Positions 19,603 through 30,337 of a stretch of DNA of 48,752 nt are shown here, one piece after another. The stretch lies in NCBI GenBank assembly GCA_900770895.1, contig CAAGMF010000242.1, forward strand, positions 1 to 48,752, written 5' to 3'. Position 1 is the first letter of the stretch. Each line of letters begins with the position of its first letter. A model generated the notes under the pieces. The model saw only the letters and a list, made by a program, of their open reading frames with translations, did no database searches and had not been told where the DNA came from. Both the position numbers and the translations under genes were made by a program. This stretch comes from an uncultured Mitsuokella sp. Lineage in GTDB: Bacteria; Bacillota; Negativicutes; Selenomonadales; Selenomonadaceae.

Positions 19603-22600
19603 GATTCGCTTTACGAATCTCGTTTATGATAATGGAAACAAACGCTATATCGATACGACGTATGCATTCGATGGCGAAAACGGCATCCTGCTGCTCGAGA
19701 ATGGCGGTGGCAAGACGGTATTCGTTCAGTCGCTCATACAGGCTGTTCTGCCGCGCAAGATGGTGGCCCAGCGCAAGATCCAGGAGACGCTGATGTTGAA
19801 CAATTCGGCTGCACACATTGCTGTCGAGTGGATACTGGAGGATGAACCGCGCCGCTATGGCGTGACGGCTGTGACATTATTCCTGAACAGCAAAGACCAG
19901 CTAAGCAGTCAGGAATTTGCCATGGAGTATGATGCGGATTCGGAGCTTACGATTGCAGAGCTGCCTTTCGTACAGCATGAGCGAGGCAAGTCCCGGCCTG
20001 CCACGCGCGAAGAGATGGCAAATTTTTTCCGTGCAACGGCTGCAGAATCGATGCGGGCGCGTTTTTTCTCGGAGAATGATACTCTGATCGCCTATGATGA
20101 GTACATCGAGAAGCATTTCAAGATCGTGGCTTCCGAGTGGAACAAGATTGCGGCCATCAATTCGGACGAAGGCGGTGTGGAGGCCTATTTCGAAAACTGT
20201 CGTACGACGAATGAGCTCATCGACCGGTTGCTCGTCCCTACGGTGGAAGAGGGACTGGCAGCCAGCCGCGGTCAGCAGGATACGGGCAACGGTTTTGTTC
20301 AGCTCTTTGCTGACCAGCGAGAGCATTTCAAGCAGCAGCGGCGGCTTAAAGTCCGCATCGAGGAGATGCAGGGCGTGCTGGCGGAGCTCGCTAAATTCAC
20401 GGCCGTGAAGCAGCTCGAGGAACAGGCGAGGCAAAAGCTCATGAGTTTCAACAGCAAGCTCAAATCGTATCAGACGCTTGTGCAGGAAACGGCTGCAAAG
20501 CGAGCGGAAGAGGCGGAACAGCTTGCAGAGCAATTGCAATCGCTAGTTGAGGCCGGCGATTGCAACGCACAGGCTCAGCTAGCCTGTCGCGTGGCTGAAG
20601 CCCAAGCAAGGCGCCAGGTGGCCGAGGCAGAGTTCAAAGCGGCTCGATCACGTGAAGAAGACACACTGGCGCAGATTACCACACTAGGCACGGAGCGGGA
20701 TAATCTGCAGATAGCAGCATACCGCAGGGAATGGAAACAGGCGAGCCAGAAAACGGAACAATGTCAGGCGGCACTTGCCGAACTCGACAAGAATCCAACG
20801 ATACAGGAGTATAGAGAACGTCTTGAGATCAACAGCCGTGAGTTACATGGCTACTTTGTTGCAGCTGAAGATGTGCTCGACCAACAGCGTGCCGTGCTGC
20901 AGGCACAGCAAAGTGATAATCAGAGCGAGTTAGCGGAACTGGCTGGCAGGCTGCGCGATAGCCGGAAGCAACGCGGACGCCTCGAACATGAGATTGGCCG
21001 GCAGGAAGGCCAGCTTACGCAGCTGTTGCAACAGCTCGAGCATATGGAGCAAACACTGTTCCCCGACGCCATGCATCAGGACATCGGGCAACAGGCTGAC
21101 ATATGGCAACAGGAGCTCGAACATCAGACGAAGCAGGAACGGGACTACCAGGCGAATGTCGAATTCTTTAGTCAGCAGAAAACGGTAGCCGTTAAAGATT
21201 TGGCGCAAGGGCGCAAGGAGCTCGATGACCATCGGGCGACTGCAGCAGCGAATGACAGCAAGCTCAAAGCCATAGAATCCCATGGTGCCATACTGCTCAA
21301 ACAATTTGCCCTCTGGCCTGCAGGGGCACAGGCAGTCGGCGATGTAGCCGATATATATCGCCGCCGGGAGATGTTGCGCGCGCAACTCGGTGATGAGCTG
21401 GTGCAACTCGAAGCGGCTGGCCGGAAGCTCGATGACGAGCGACGGCGGGCTCATCGCTGGATCGATCTTTACGATGGTCAGGCAGAGTTCGTGGCCGACC
21501 CGCGCCTGCTCGAGCTTGTCGAAGAGTGGAATCAGGACTTCACCTATCTGAAGACAGGAGCCGAGATCTATCAGATTTATGCCGGGCGAGAAGGTATGGA
21601 TCCGATCGAGCTCTATCAGCGCTATCCATGGTGGGCTGTCTCGGTCATCACACTTGCTGACGAAGCGGACGCTTTGGCCGCGCGCCTGCAGCGGGTGGCG
21701 GGAGAACTGTTCCAGCCGGTAATCGTTCTGACCGATAAGGAGCTGCGCACCATCGGCGAGAGCGAGAGTCTGGCGTCGGCCGCATGGGCAGCACAGCCCC
21801 AGCGTGCAGTCATACCAGACTATTGGCAGAATGTTCAGCCTGAGCAGTTTGCGACTTGGCTCACTGACCAACGCAAACGGGCAGCTGCGGCCGATCAGGC
21901 ATTGACTGAGAACGACCAGCAACGTCATCAGGTGAGTCGTCTGTTCGACGACTTGCAGGATTTCGTACAGCATCACCCTTATGATGACTATCGGACGGCC
22001 CGTGAGACGCGCGAAGAAGAACAACGGCAGATAGAGGTGCTTGAACGTCGTATACACGCTGATGAGGACTCGCTCAAAACCTGCGAAACGGAACTGGATA
22101 AGTTGCGGGCAAATCTGACTCAGTTGCATGATCGCAAGCGCGAGCTTCAGGAACAGTTGCGGGCTGTGAAGCGCTATGTCGATTTGCAGACGGAGCAACA
22201 ATCACTGTATCATCAGATGGAGGAAATGAAACAAACACTCGCAGCTCATGACGCAGATCTGGCACGCCTGGAGAAGCAGCGCGAAACTCTTTTTCAACAG
22301 AAAACCAAGCTTGCAGAGGATGTGGCCGCTACAGAAGCCCGGCGTCAGAGCTTGCATGAGCGTCTCTATTGGCGCGAAGTACAGGAGGTCGATCCGCAGC
22401 CGACTGAGCTTAGTTATGAAACACTCGCCGATCAGCGGCGCGAGCTTCAGAATCGTCTCGACGGTTTTGCCGCTGATCGTGGCCGACTCGACAGCGATTA
22501 CCAGAATGCCCGTGAGAAAATGGAGCGGTTGCAACGGGACATGCAGAATCTGCGTGATCAGACGGAATATGAACTCGATGAAGCTTATCCCTATCCACCT

Positions 22601-24046
22601 GACGGTGCGGTACGCCTCGCTCAGCTACGTCAGCAGGAAAAGCCCCTCAAGAAACTAGTGCGGGAACAGGGAGCTGCTACGGAGTCTGCCAAAACCAAGT
22701 ATGACACGGCCGTTGGCTGCGTTGAGAGCGAGCTTGGCAGATATCATGAGCAATATAAGGAACTCATTACCTTTACGGAGCCCCTCGATGCAGTACGCCA
22801 TCGCCTGCAACAGGAGCGGCATGAGATTGATGAGCGCGAACGGCAAACGGAAGAGGCCGCTTCGCAGAACGAGCAACAGTGCGACGAGCTCGCTCAGTTG
22901 CTGAAAAATCTTGAAATCAAAAACGAACGGCTCGGCTTTGCCATTGATGAAGTGCCAGCCGCCATTGTCGAAACCTGGGATGATCCGAAAGCTGAGGATC
23001 TCCGTCAGACTATAGCTCCATGCCTGCGTGCGGCTGAGGAGGAAAAGAAGCAGTTACAAGAGCAGCAACAAGCTTGTGAAAAACAAGCCCAGGACTTTGT
23101 GACATACTGTGAGCAACAGGTCGGAGAGGAACGCATGCGGCGTAATATGGTCGATGGAATCCGCAGCAAGCAGCACTATCAGGAATATCTGGACTGGCAA
23201 AACAATAGTCGGCAACGCATACAGGCGGCAATCAGCCTCAGCGAATCTGAACGCCAGAGCCACTATCAGCATATGGAGCAACTCGTCGAGCATATGAGTC
23301 TCTATCTGCAGGAGATAGGACATGGCCTCGGCGAGTTGGCGAATCGCACACGCATCCGCATCGGTGAGAATGTCAGGAATATCTATACCATTGCGTTGCC
23401 CGAATGGGATGATGCGCTGGCCCGTACAAGCATCCGCAAATATCTCGAGGATCTCGCTATACGTCTTGATTCCGATAACTATTGCGATGAGAGTGGCCAT
23501 GAGGACAGTGCCAAGGTGCAGGAGTACCTTGGTAAAGTACTGCGCACGCAACAGGTGCTGGGCTGTGTCTATGGCAACCAGGCCATCAAAGTACGTTGCC
23601 GCAAAGCTGCCGGCGGTCACACATTTTCCGAGCGTGCGCACGCTTGGGAAGAGTCAAATAAGTGGTCCGGAGCCGAGCGGTGGAGCAAGAATATGGCGCT
23701 CTTTCTCGGCTGTCTGAGCTACCTCTCTGAAAAGCGCTGTCATCTGCGGCGCACGAAACACAACAATCGCGTCGTCGTGGCTGATAATCCCTTTGGCAAA
23801 GCATCCAGCGACCATGTACTCGAACCGGTATTCTACATTGCCCAGCAGCTTGGTTTCCAGATTATCGCGCTTACTGCGCATCAGGAGGGAAACTTCATCC
23901 GCAAATATTTCCCCGTAGTCTACAGCTGTCGTTTCGCGGAACTCGCCACGGGCCAGGGAAAAGTCCTGCAACCAGAGCGGGTCATAGAAACCGCCTTTCT
24001 TGAAGAGAAACAACCGAAGCGATTGGTCATGCGGGAAAAGGAATGA
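19586..24046 (+). CDS. SMC/MukB/JetC-like ATPase, 1486 aa
   Basis: AAGGAGGA lies 5 nt upstream of ATG 19586. N-terminal P-loop LLLENGGGKT (19697-19717). Very long Q/E/R/L-rich coiled-coil arms flank a globular hinge-like stretch at about 21300-21880. The C-terminal head carries SGAER (23666-23680), VVVADNPFG (23771-23797) and QIIALTAH. Confidence 0.7.
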   Translation: MPAISKIRFTNLVYDNGNKRYIDTTYAFDGENGILLLENGGGKTVFVQSLIQAVLPRKMVAQRKIQETLMLNNSAAHIAVEWILEDEPRRYGVTAVTLFLNSKDQLSSQEFAMEYDADSELTIAELPFVQHERGKSRPATREEMANFFRATAAESMRARFFSENDTLIAYDEYIEKHFKIVASEWNKIAAINSDEGGVEAYFENCRTTNELIDRLLVPTVEEGLAASRGQQDTGNGFVQLFADQREHFKQQRRLKVRIEEMQGVLAELAKFTAVKQLEEQARQKLMSFNSKLKSYQTLVQETAAKRAEEAEQLAEQLQSLVEAGDCNAQAQLACRVAEAQARRQVAEAEFKAARSREEDTLAQITTLGTERDNLQIAAYRREWKQASQKTEQCQAALAELDKNPTIQEYRERLEINSRELHGYFVAAEDVLDQQRAVLQAQQSDNQSELAELAGRLRDSRKQRGRLEHEIGRQEGQLTQLLQQLEHMEQTLFPDAMHQDIGQQADIWQQELEHQTKQERDYQANVEFFSQQKTVAVKDLAQGRKELDDHRATAAANDSKLKAIESHGAILLKQFALWPAGAQAVGDVADIYRRREMLRAQLGDELVQLEAAGRKLDDERRRAHRWIDLYDGQAEFVADPRLLELVEEWNQDFTYLKTGAEIYQIYAGREGMDPIELYQRYPWWAVSVITLADEADALAARLQRVAGELFQPVIVLTDKELRTIGESESLASAAWAAQPQRAVIPDYWQNVQPEQFATWLTDQRKRAAAADQALTENDQQRHQVSRLFDDLQDFVQHHPYDDYRTARETREEEQRQIEVLERRIHADEDSLKTCETELDKLRANLTQLHDRKRELQEQLRAVKRYVDLQTEQQSLYHQMEEMKQTLAAHDADLARLEKQRETLFQQKTKLAEDVAATEARRQSLHERLYWREVQEVDPQPTELSYETLADQRRELQNRLDGFAADRGRLDSDYQNAREKMERLQRDMQNLRDQTEYELDEAYPYPPDGAVRLAQLRQQEKPLKKLVREQGAATESAKTKYDTAVGCVESELGRYHEQYKELITFTEPLDAVRHRLQQERHEIDERERQTEEAASQNEQQCDELAQLLKNLEIKNERLGFAIDEVPAAIVETWDDPKAEDLRQTIAPCLRAAEEEKKQLQEQQQACEKQAQDFVTYCEQQVGEERMRRNMVDGIRSKQHYQEYLDWQNNSRQRIQAAISLSESERQSHYQHMEQLVEHMSLYLQEIGHGLGELANRTRIRIGENVRNIYTIALPEWDDALARTSIRKYLEDLAIRLDSDNYCDESGHEDSAKVQEYLGKVLRTQQVLGCVYGNQAIKVRCRKAAGGHTFSERAHAWEESNKWSGAERWSKNMALFLGCLSYLSEKRCHLRRTKHNNRVVVADNPFGKASSDHVLEPVFYIAQQLGFQIIALTAHQEGNFIRKYFPVVYSCRFAELATGQGKVLQPERVIETAFLEEKQPKRLVMREKE

Positions 24047-24085
24047 ATATCTTATAAAAAATTAAAAAACTTGCTTAGCAAAATC

Positions 24086-24113
24086 TTGACTTTTTGACTT
24101 TTTGCGTTATAAT
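24086..24113 (+). promoter_or_regulatory. sigma70 promoter of clpB overlapped by a TTGACTTTT direct repeat
   Basis: TTGACT at 24086-24091, a 16-nt spacer and TATAAT at 24108-24113. A second TTGACTTTT copy starts at 24094. Confidence 0.6.
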
Positions 24114-24121
24114 ATAACTGA

Positions 24122-24142
24122 AATCAGGAAAAAGTCCTGATT
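24122..24142 (+). promoter_or_regulatory. Perfect 8-bp hairpin at the predicted 5' end of the clpB mRNA
   Basis: AATCAGGA (24122-24129), loop AAAAG, TCCTGATT (24135-24142). Confidence 0.4.
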
Positions 24143-24186
24143 CCTACCATATAGATAAGCAAAAAGCAAAACGGAGGATATAAATC

Positions 24187-26757
<2,571 letters not shown>

Positions 26758-26854
26758 GTTTCATAATTGTAGAAATATGTTTCGTTAAAGAATGGGAGAC
26801 TGTAACCAGGGATCGGGTATGGTCTCCTGTTCCTGTTTCAAAAGGAGGTAGATC

Positions 26855-27013
26855 ATGCTGCAGATAGAAAAAGTGCGGGCAGCCCTCACGGCTGTGAAAG
26901 AATGTTGCGGGCATTGCGATATATGTTCGCCAAGCTGTCCGATATTCATAGCGAAGCGTGCTCTTTCCTCTCTTTATGACGACCTCGAGGCGGCTGAAGA
27001 GACAAATAAATAG
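26855..27013 (+). CDS. Small (52-aa) Cys-rich protein with a single ferredoxin-type CX2CX2CX3CP motif
   Basis: Translated by hand because it falls below the ORF-track cutoff: MLQIEKVRAALTAVKECCGHCDICSPSCPIFIAKRALSSLYDDLEAAEETNK. A strong RBS AAAGGAGG lies 6 nt upstream. Confidence 0.5.
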   Translation: MLQIEKVRAALTAVKECCGHCDICSPSCPIFIAKRALSSLYDDLEAAEETNK

Positions 27014-27078
27014 AATTTCATGACTATGCGTTTAGATACAGTTATTTCAGAACATGTTTTCTAAGAGGGTACATAGTC

Positions 27079-27107
27079 TTGACAGTATAAACATGAGCGT
27101 GTATGAT
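27079..27107 (+). promoter_or_regulatory. Candidate sigma70 promoter of trpF
   Basis: TTGACA at 27079-27084, a 17-nt spacer and TATGAT at 27102-27107. Confidence 0.5.
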
Positions 27108-27200
27108 TATGGCAAGGTTTACAATTTAGTGGTATAAATATGCGAAGCCATATTTTAGATGTACAAGTGAGCAAGTGTTTTTTAGGAAAGGAGGACATTC

Positions 27201-27824
27201 ATGCTGGTCAAAATGTGCGGATTTTCTAACTACGAGGACGCGCGTAGTGCAGAAAAATCAGGAGCTGCTTTTGTCGGGTTCATGTTTTGGCCCTCTAGCA
27301 AGCGCTATGTAGCTCCTGAGACAGTGGCTGATATCATACAGCATCTCGGCCGCATCCGCAAGGTGGGGGTCTTTGTCGATGAAGATCCGGAGGTCGTGAA
27401 CAGGATCGCTGAGCAATGCCAGCTTGATTATGTCCAGCTGCATGGGCATGAGCCGATTGATTATGCAAAGAAGATAGACTATCCCATAATCAAGGCGTTT
27501 CGCTATGGGGATGATTTTACGCCGGAGGCGGCGAATGAATATCCCTGTGAGCTGGTACTGATTGATAAGGGGAACAAGGCCGCGCCAGGTGGAGCTGGAG
27601 AGGTTTTTGACTGGCGGCAGGCCGCCCCTGAAATAAAGAAAGTGAAACGGGGGGTAATTGTTGCTGGGGGCATAAACAGCAGCAATGTCGCCGACGTATA
27701 TCGCATCCTTCATCCCTTCGCAGTCGATGCTTCCAGTGGCCTCGAGACAGACGGGTCCAAGGATATAAAGAAGATTAAGGCATTTATGCGAGTGGTCAAG
27801 AACCTGGATAATTGGGAAATCTGA
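27201..27824 (+). CDS. trpF: Phosphoribosylanthranilate isomerase
   Basis: MLVKMCGFSNYEDA...GAAFVGFMFWPSSKRYV...LDYVQLHG... is the typical PRAI pattern. AGGAGG RBS. No other trp genes occur in the window. Confidence 0.85.
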   Translation: MLVKMCGFSNYEDARSAEKSGAAFVGFMFWPSSKRYVAPETVADIIQHLGRIRKVGVFVDEDPEVVNRIAEQCQLDYVQLHGHEPIDYAKKIDYPIIKAFRYGDDFTPEAANEYPCELVLIDKGNKAAPGGAGEVFDWRQAAPEIKKVKRGVIVAGGINSSNVADVYRILHPFAVDASSGLETDGSKDIKKIKAFMRVVKNLDNWEI

Positions 27825-27879
27825 CCCTTGGCAATCTGCCCGTATACAAAGCTGATGAAGTCATAGAGACGATAGAGGA

Positions 27880-28173
27880 ATGGGAGATGACCTTGCTGTG
27901 GTAGTGGATAGTGAACGTGGCCAGCAAAAGCCGTTGACAGTCGAGGAATTGGCCCGGATACACAGATCCAACCGTCCTGAAAAGCCGCGGTCTCCGCAGG
28001 AGATAAGGGCTCGCTATGACCTGGACCGCAAGGAGTATCAGCAACTCATGAGTCAGAAGCAGGACAATCGTGAGCAGCGTCTGATGCTTTATGCTGAGAT
28101 AAAGGTTCTAGGCTGGTGCATGGGGCGCGAGGAAGCGAAAGTCATAAAAGAAATAAATACACCTGTACGTTGA
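27880..28173 (+). CDS. Hypothetical charged 97-aa protein
   Basis: Open frame followed by a good terminator. The RBS is poor and no family is recognised. Confidence 0.4.
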   Translation: MGDDLAVVVDSERGQQKPLTVEELARIHRSNRPEKPRSPQEIRARYDLDRKEYQQLMSQKQDNREQRLMLYAEIKVLGWCMGREEAKVIKEINTPVR

Positions 28174-28190
28174 TTCGGACGACACAGAGA

Positions 28191-28240
28191 GGCTCCATAG
28201 CTAGATTATTGCATGATCGATATATGGAGCCTTTTCTTTT
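28191..28240 (+). terminator. Rho-independent terminator
   Basis: GGCTCCATA (28191-28199) pairs with TATGGAGCC (28223-28231), followed by TTTTCTTTT. Confidence 0.7.
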
Positions 28241-28279
28241 GGTCTTTATGAGAATACTCACACGATAGGATCTGAGATA

Positions 28280-29161
28280 ATGGATAAAAAAGAATTACAA
28301 GACCGTATAGTAGCTGCAGTCAGAGCAGCGCAGGCAAAAAATCCACTGGTTCCCTCAATCACGAACAATGTCACCATCAATCTCGTGGCGAATACCCAGC
28401 TCGCAGTAGGCGGCTCGGCGGCCATGGTCTACTTGCCTGACGAAGGTGTCGGTATGGCTGACATCGGCGATGCCATGTATATCAATATGGGCACATTGCT
28501 GCCGGTCCATGCGGAGAGCATGCTTCGTACGGCTGCTGAGCTGGCAGCGAAGCACAAACCCTGGGTGCTCGACCCCGTCGGCATCGGGGTAGGGGCGGAG
28601 CGTCGCATCATACTCGCGGAGCTGTTCCATACACCGCCGACCATCGTTCGCGGCAATGCCTCAGAACTGATCGCTCTGGCCGACCTTTGGGGAGTAGAGA
28701 ACCTGACGGCAGACAGCGGAGTGCGCGGTGTCGATTCGACCGACTCCATCACGGCAGCTCTGCGTCCGGCTATGGCTGTCGCTAAGGCCATCAAAGGCGT
28801 AGTCGCGGTCTCGGGAGCATGCGATCTCGTCACGGATGGCAGCCTGGTGGCCATCGCGAAGGGTGGCTCCGAGCTTTTCACTCGCATCACCGGTGCTGGC
28901 TGTTCCCTGGGTGGCGTGACGGCCGTATACGCCGCTGTGGCTGATGCTTTCACCGCGGCGCTGACTGCCGTCCAGATGTACAATCATGCTGGCGCCGCCG
29001 CTGCGGCCAAAGCTGCAGGCCCGGGCTCTTTCGAATACATGTTCCGCGATGAGTTATATCAGGCGGATGCCGAGGCGGTGGCCCAGAGCGAATTCGCGCT
29101 GTTCAGCGATGCAGATCCGGCTCAGCTGGCCTCGCAGATCGATACGTATACAGGCTGCTGA
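28280..29161 (+). CDS. thiM: Hydroxyethylthiazole kinase
   Basis: PLVPSITNNVTINLVANTQLAVGGSAAMV and ...ITGAGCSLGG... are typical ThiM motifs. Confidence 0.9.
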   Translation: MDKKELQDRIVAAVRAAQAKNPLVPSITNNVTINLVANTQLAVGGSAAMVYLPDEGVGMADIGDAMYINMGTLLPVHAESMLRTAAELAAKHKPWVLDPVGIGVGAERRIILAELFHTPPTIVRGNASELIALADLWGVENLTADSGVRGVDSTDSITAALRPAMAVAKAIKGVVAVSGACDLVTDGSLVAIAKGGSELFTRITGAGCSLGGVTAVYAAVADAFTAALTAVQMYNHAGAAAAAKAAGPGSFEYMFRDELYQADAEAVAQSEFALFSDADPAQLASQIDTYTGC

Positions 29162-29203
29162 GCATCATTCGCCAAATCGGATTGCTTTACAGGAAAGAGG
29201 TTT

Positions 29204-29515
29204 ATGATGAATACATTGATTGCTGTAGCTATTGCTCCATGTGGTACGGGAGAGGAGATGTCATCGTATGTCGGGCAGGTCGTGAAGGTCATACGCGACT
29301 CCGGCCTGAGCTGTCGCACGACCTCCATGTTCACAGAGATCGAAGGCGAGTGGGATGACGTCATGGATGTCGTGAAACGGGCCACCATGGTCCTGGCTGA
29401 TCAGGGCATCCGTACCGAAGTGGTCCTCAAGGCTGATATCCGCCCCGGCTACAAGGACATGATGCATGGCAAGCTGGAACGGCTCGAGGAGAAAATCGCA
29501 GCTGACAAGGGTTGA
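29204..29515 (+). CDS. MTH1187/YkoF-family (UPF0045) thiamine-binding-type protein
   Basis: 103 aa. IAVAIAPCGTGEEMSSYVGQVVKVIRDSGL...TSMFTEIEGEWDDVM matches the family pattern as I recall it. It sits between thiM and thiE. Confidence 0.75.
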   Translation: MMNTLIAVAIAPCGTGEEMSSYVGQVVKVIRDSGLSCRTTSMFTEIEGEWDDVMDVVKRATMVLADQGIRTEVVLKADIRPGYKDMMHGKLERLEEKIAADKG

Positions 29516-29534
29516 GTAAAGGAAGCATGGCGAT

Positions 29535-30230
29535 ATGAACATGAGGAAAAAACTTGATATATCGGCGTATCTCGTGGTAGGACCAGAGAATACGCTGGGA
29601 CGTCCGGTCAGCGATATCGTACGCGCGGCTCTGCAGGGCGGCTTCACCTGTGTGCAGATACGGTCGAAGACAGCCAGCGCCCGGGAACTCATAGCGGAGA
29701 CCGGCCGTGCCGCCGCTGTGATCGCCGAGCTCGGAAAATCTGAGGACGTGGCCCTGCTCGTCGATGACCGTCTCGACGTTGTGCTGGCCGCACGCGAGCA
29801 GAATATAAAAGTAGACGGTATCCATGTTGGTCAGAGCGATATCCCTACGGCTGTCTGCCGCAAGTTGCTCGGTCCGGAATCCATCGTCGGTCTCTCGGCG
29901 CCTACGGCTGACCTGCTGGACTACGTAAAGAATACCGATACCGCAGATATCGATTATTTCGGGGCTGGTCCGCTGCACGCTACGGATACGAAGCCCGAGG
30001 CTGGTCATACTGCCGACGGACGCTTCATCCAGCGCACGTTCTCGGAGCTCACGGAGCTGCACCGCCTCAGTCCTTTGCCGGTAGTCGTCGGCGGAGGCGT
30101 GAAGTCGCGCGACCTGAAAGACTTGAAAGCCACTGGCGTGGAAGGATTCTTCGTCGTCAGCGCCATCGCCGGTGCGGCGGATCCGCTGCAGGCGGCCGAG
30201 GAGATGGTCAGCCTCTGGCATTCCGCCTGA
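29535..30230 (+). CDS. thiE: Thiamine-phosphate synthase
   Basis: YLVVGPEN...VQIRSK...VDGIHVGQSD...VVGGGV..., the typical ThiE TIM-barrel motifs. Confidence 0.9.
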   Translation: MNMRKKLDISAYLVVGPENTLGRPVSDIVRAALQGGFTCVQIRSKTASARELIAETGRAAAVIAELGKSEDVALLVDDRLDVVLAAREQNIKVDGIHVGQSDIPTAVCRKLLGPESIVGLSAPTADLLDYVKNTDTADIDYFGAGPLHATDTKPEAGHTADGRFIQRTFSELTELHRLSPLPVVVGGGVKSRDLKDLKATGVEGFFVVSAIAGAADPLQAAEEMVSLWHSA

Positions 30231-30337
30231 TTGCCCGCAACCTGCCTTGACACTATGCAGCGCTCTGTTATAGAATAGTGGGCGTGCGATAAGCACGACA
30301 AAACCAGCACTATAAAGGCGGGAGAAAATTTTTCATC

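Noticed and set aside
20930-22201. 423-aa ORF antisense to the SMC-like gene
   Set aside because: It lies opposite the coiled-coil region, where the repetitive Q/E/L/R codons on the sense strand naturally keep the antisense frame open. I see no independent signals.
24086-24102. Canonical CtsR operator at the clpB promoter
   Set aside because: The heptad-like units repeat with an 8-nt period rather than the canonical 7+3+7 layout, so I report it only as a variant or possible operator and not as a CtsR box.
28241-28279. Possible TPP riboswitch ahead of thiM (a CUGAGA string at 28271-28276)
   Set aside because: Only 39 nt separate the upstream terminator from the thiM ATG, far too short for a THI element. 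No GGGGUGC...ACCUGA partner segments are present. The CUGAGA is probably coincidental next to the RBS.
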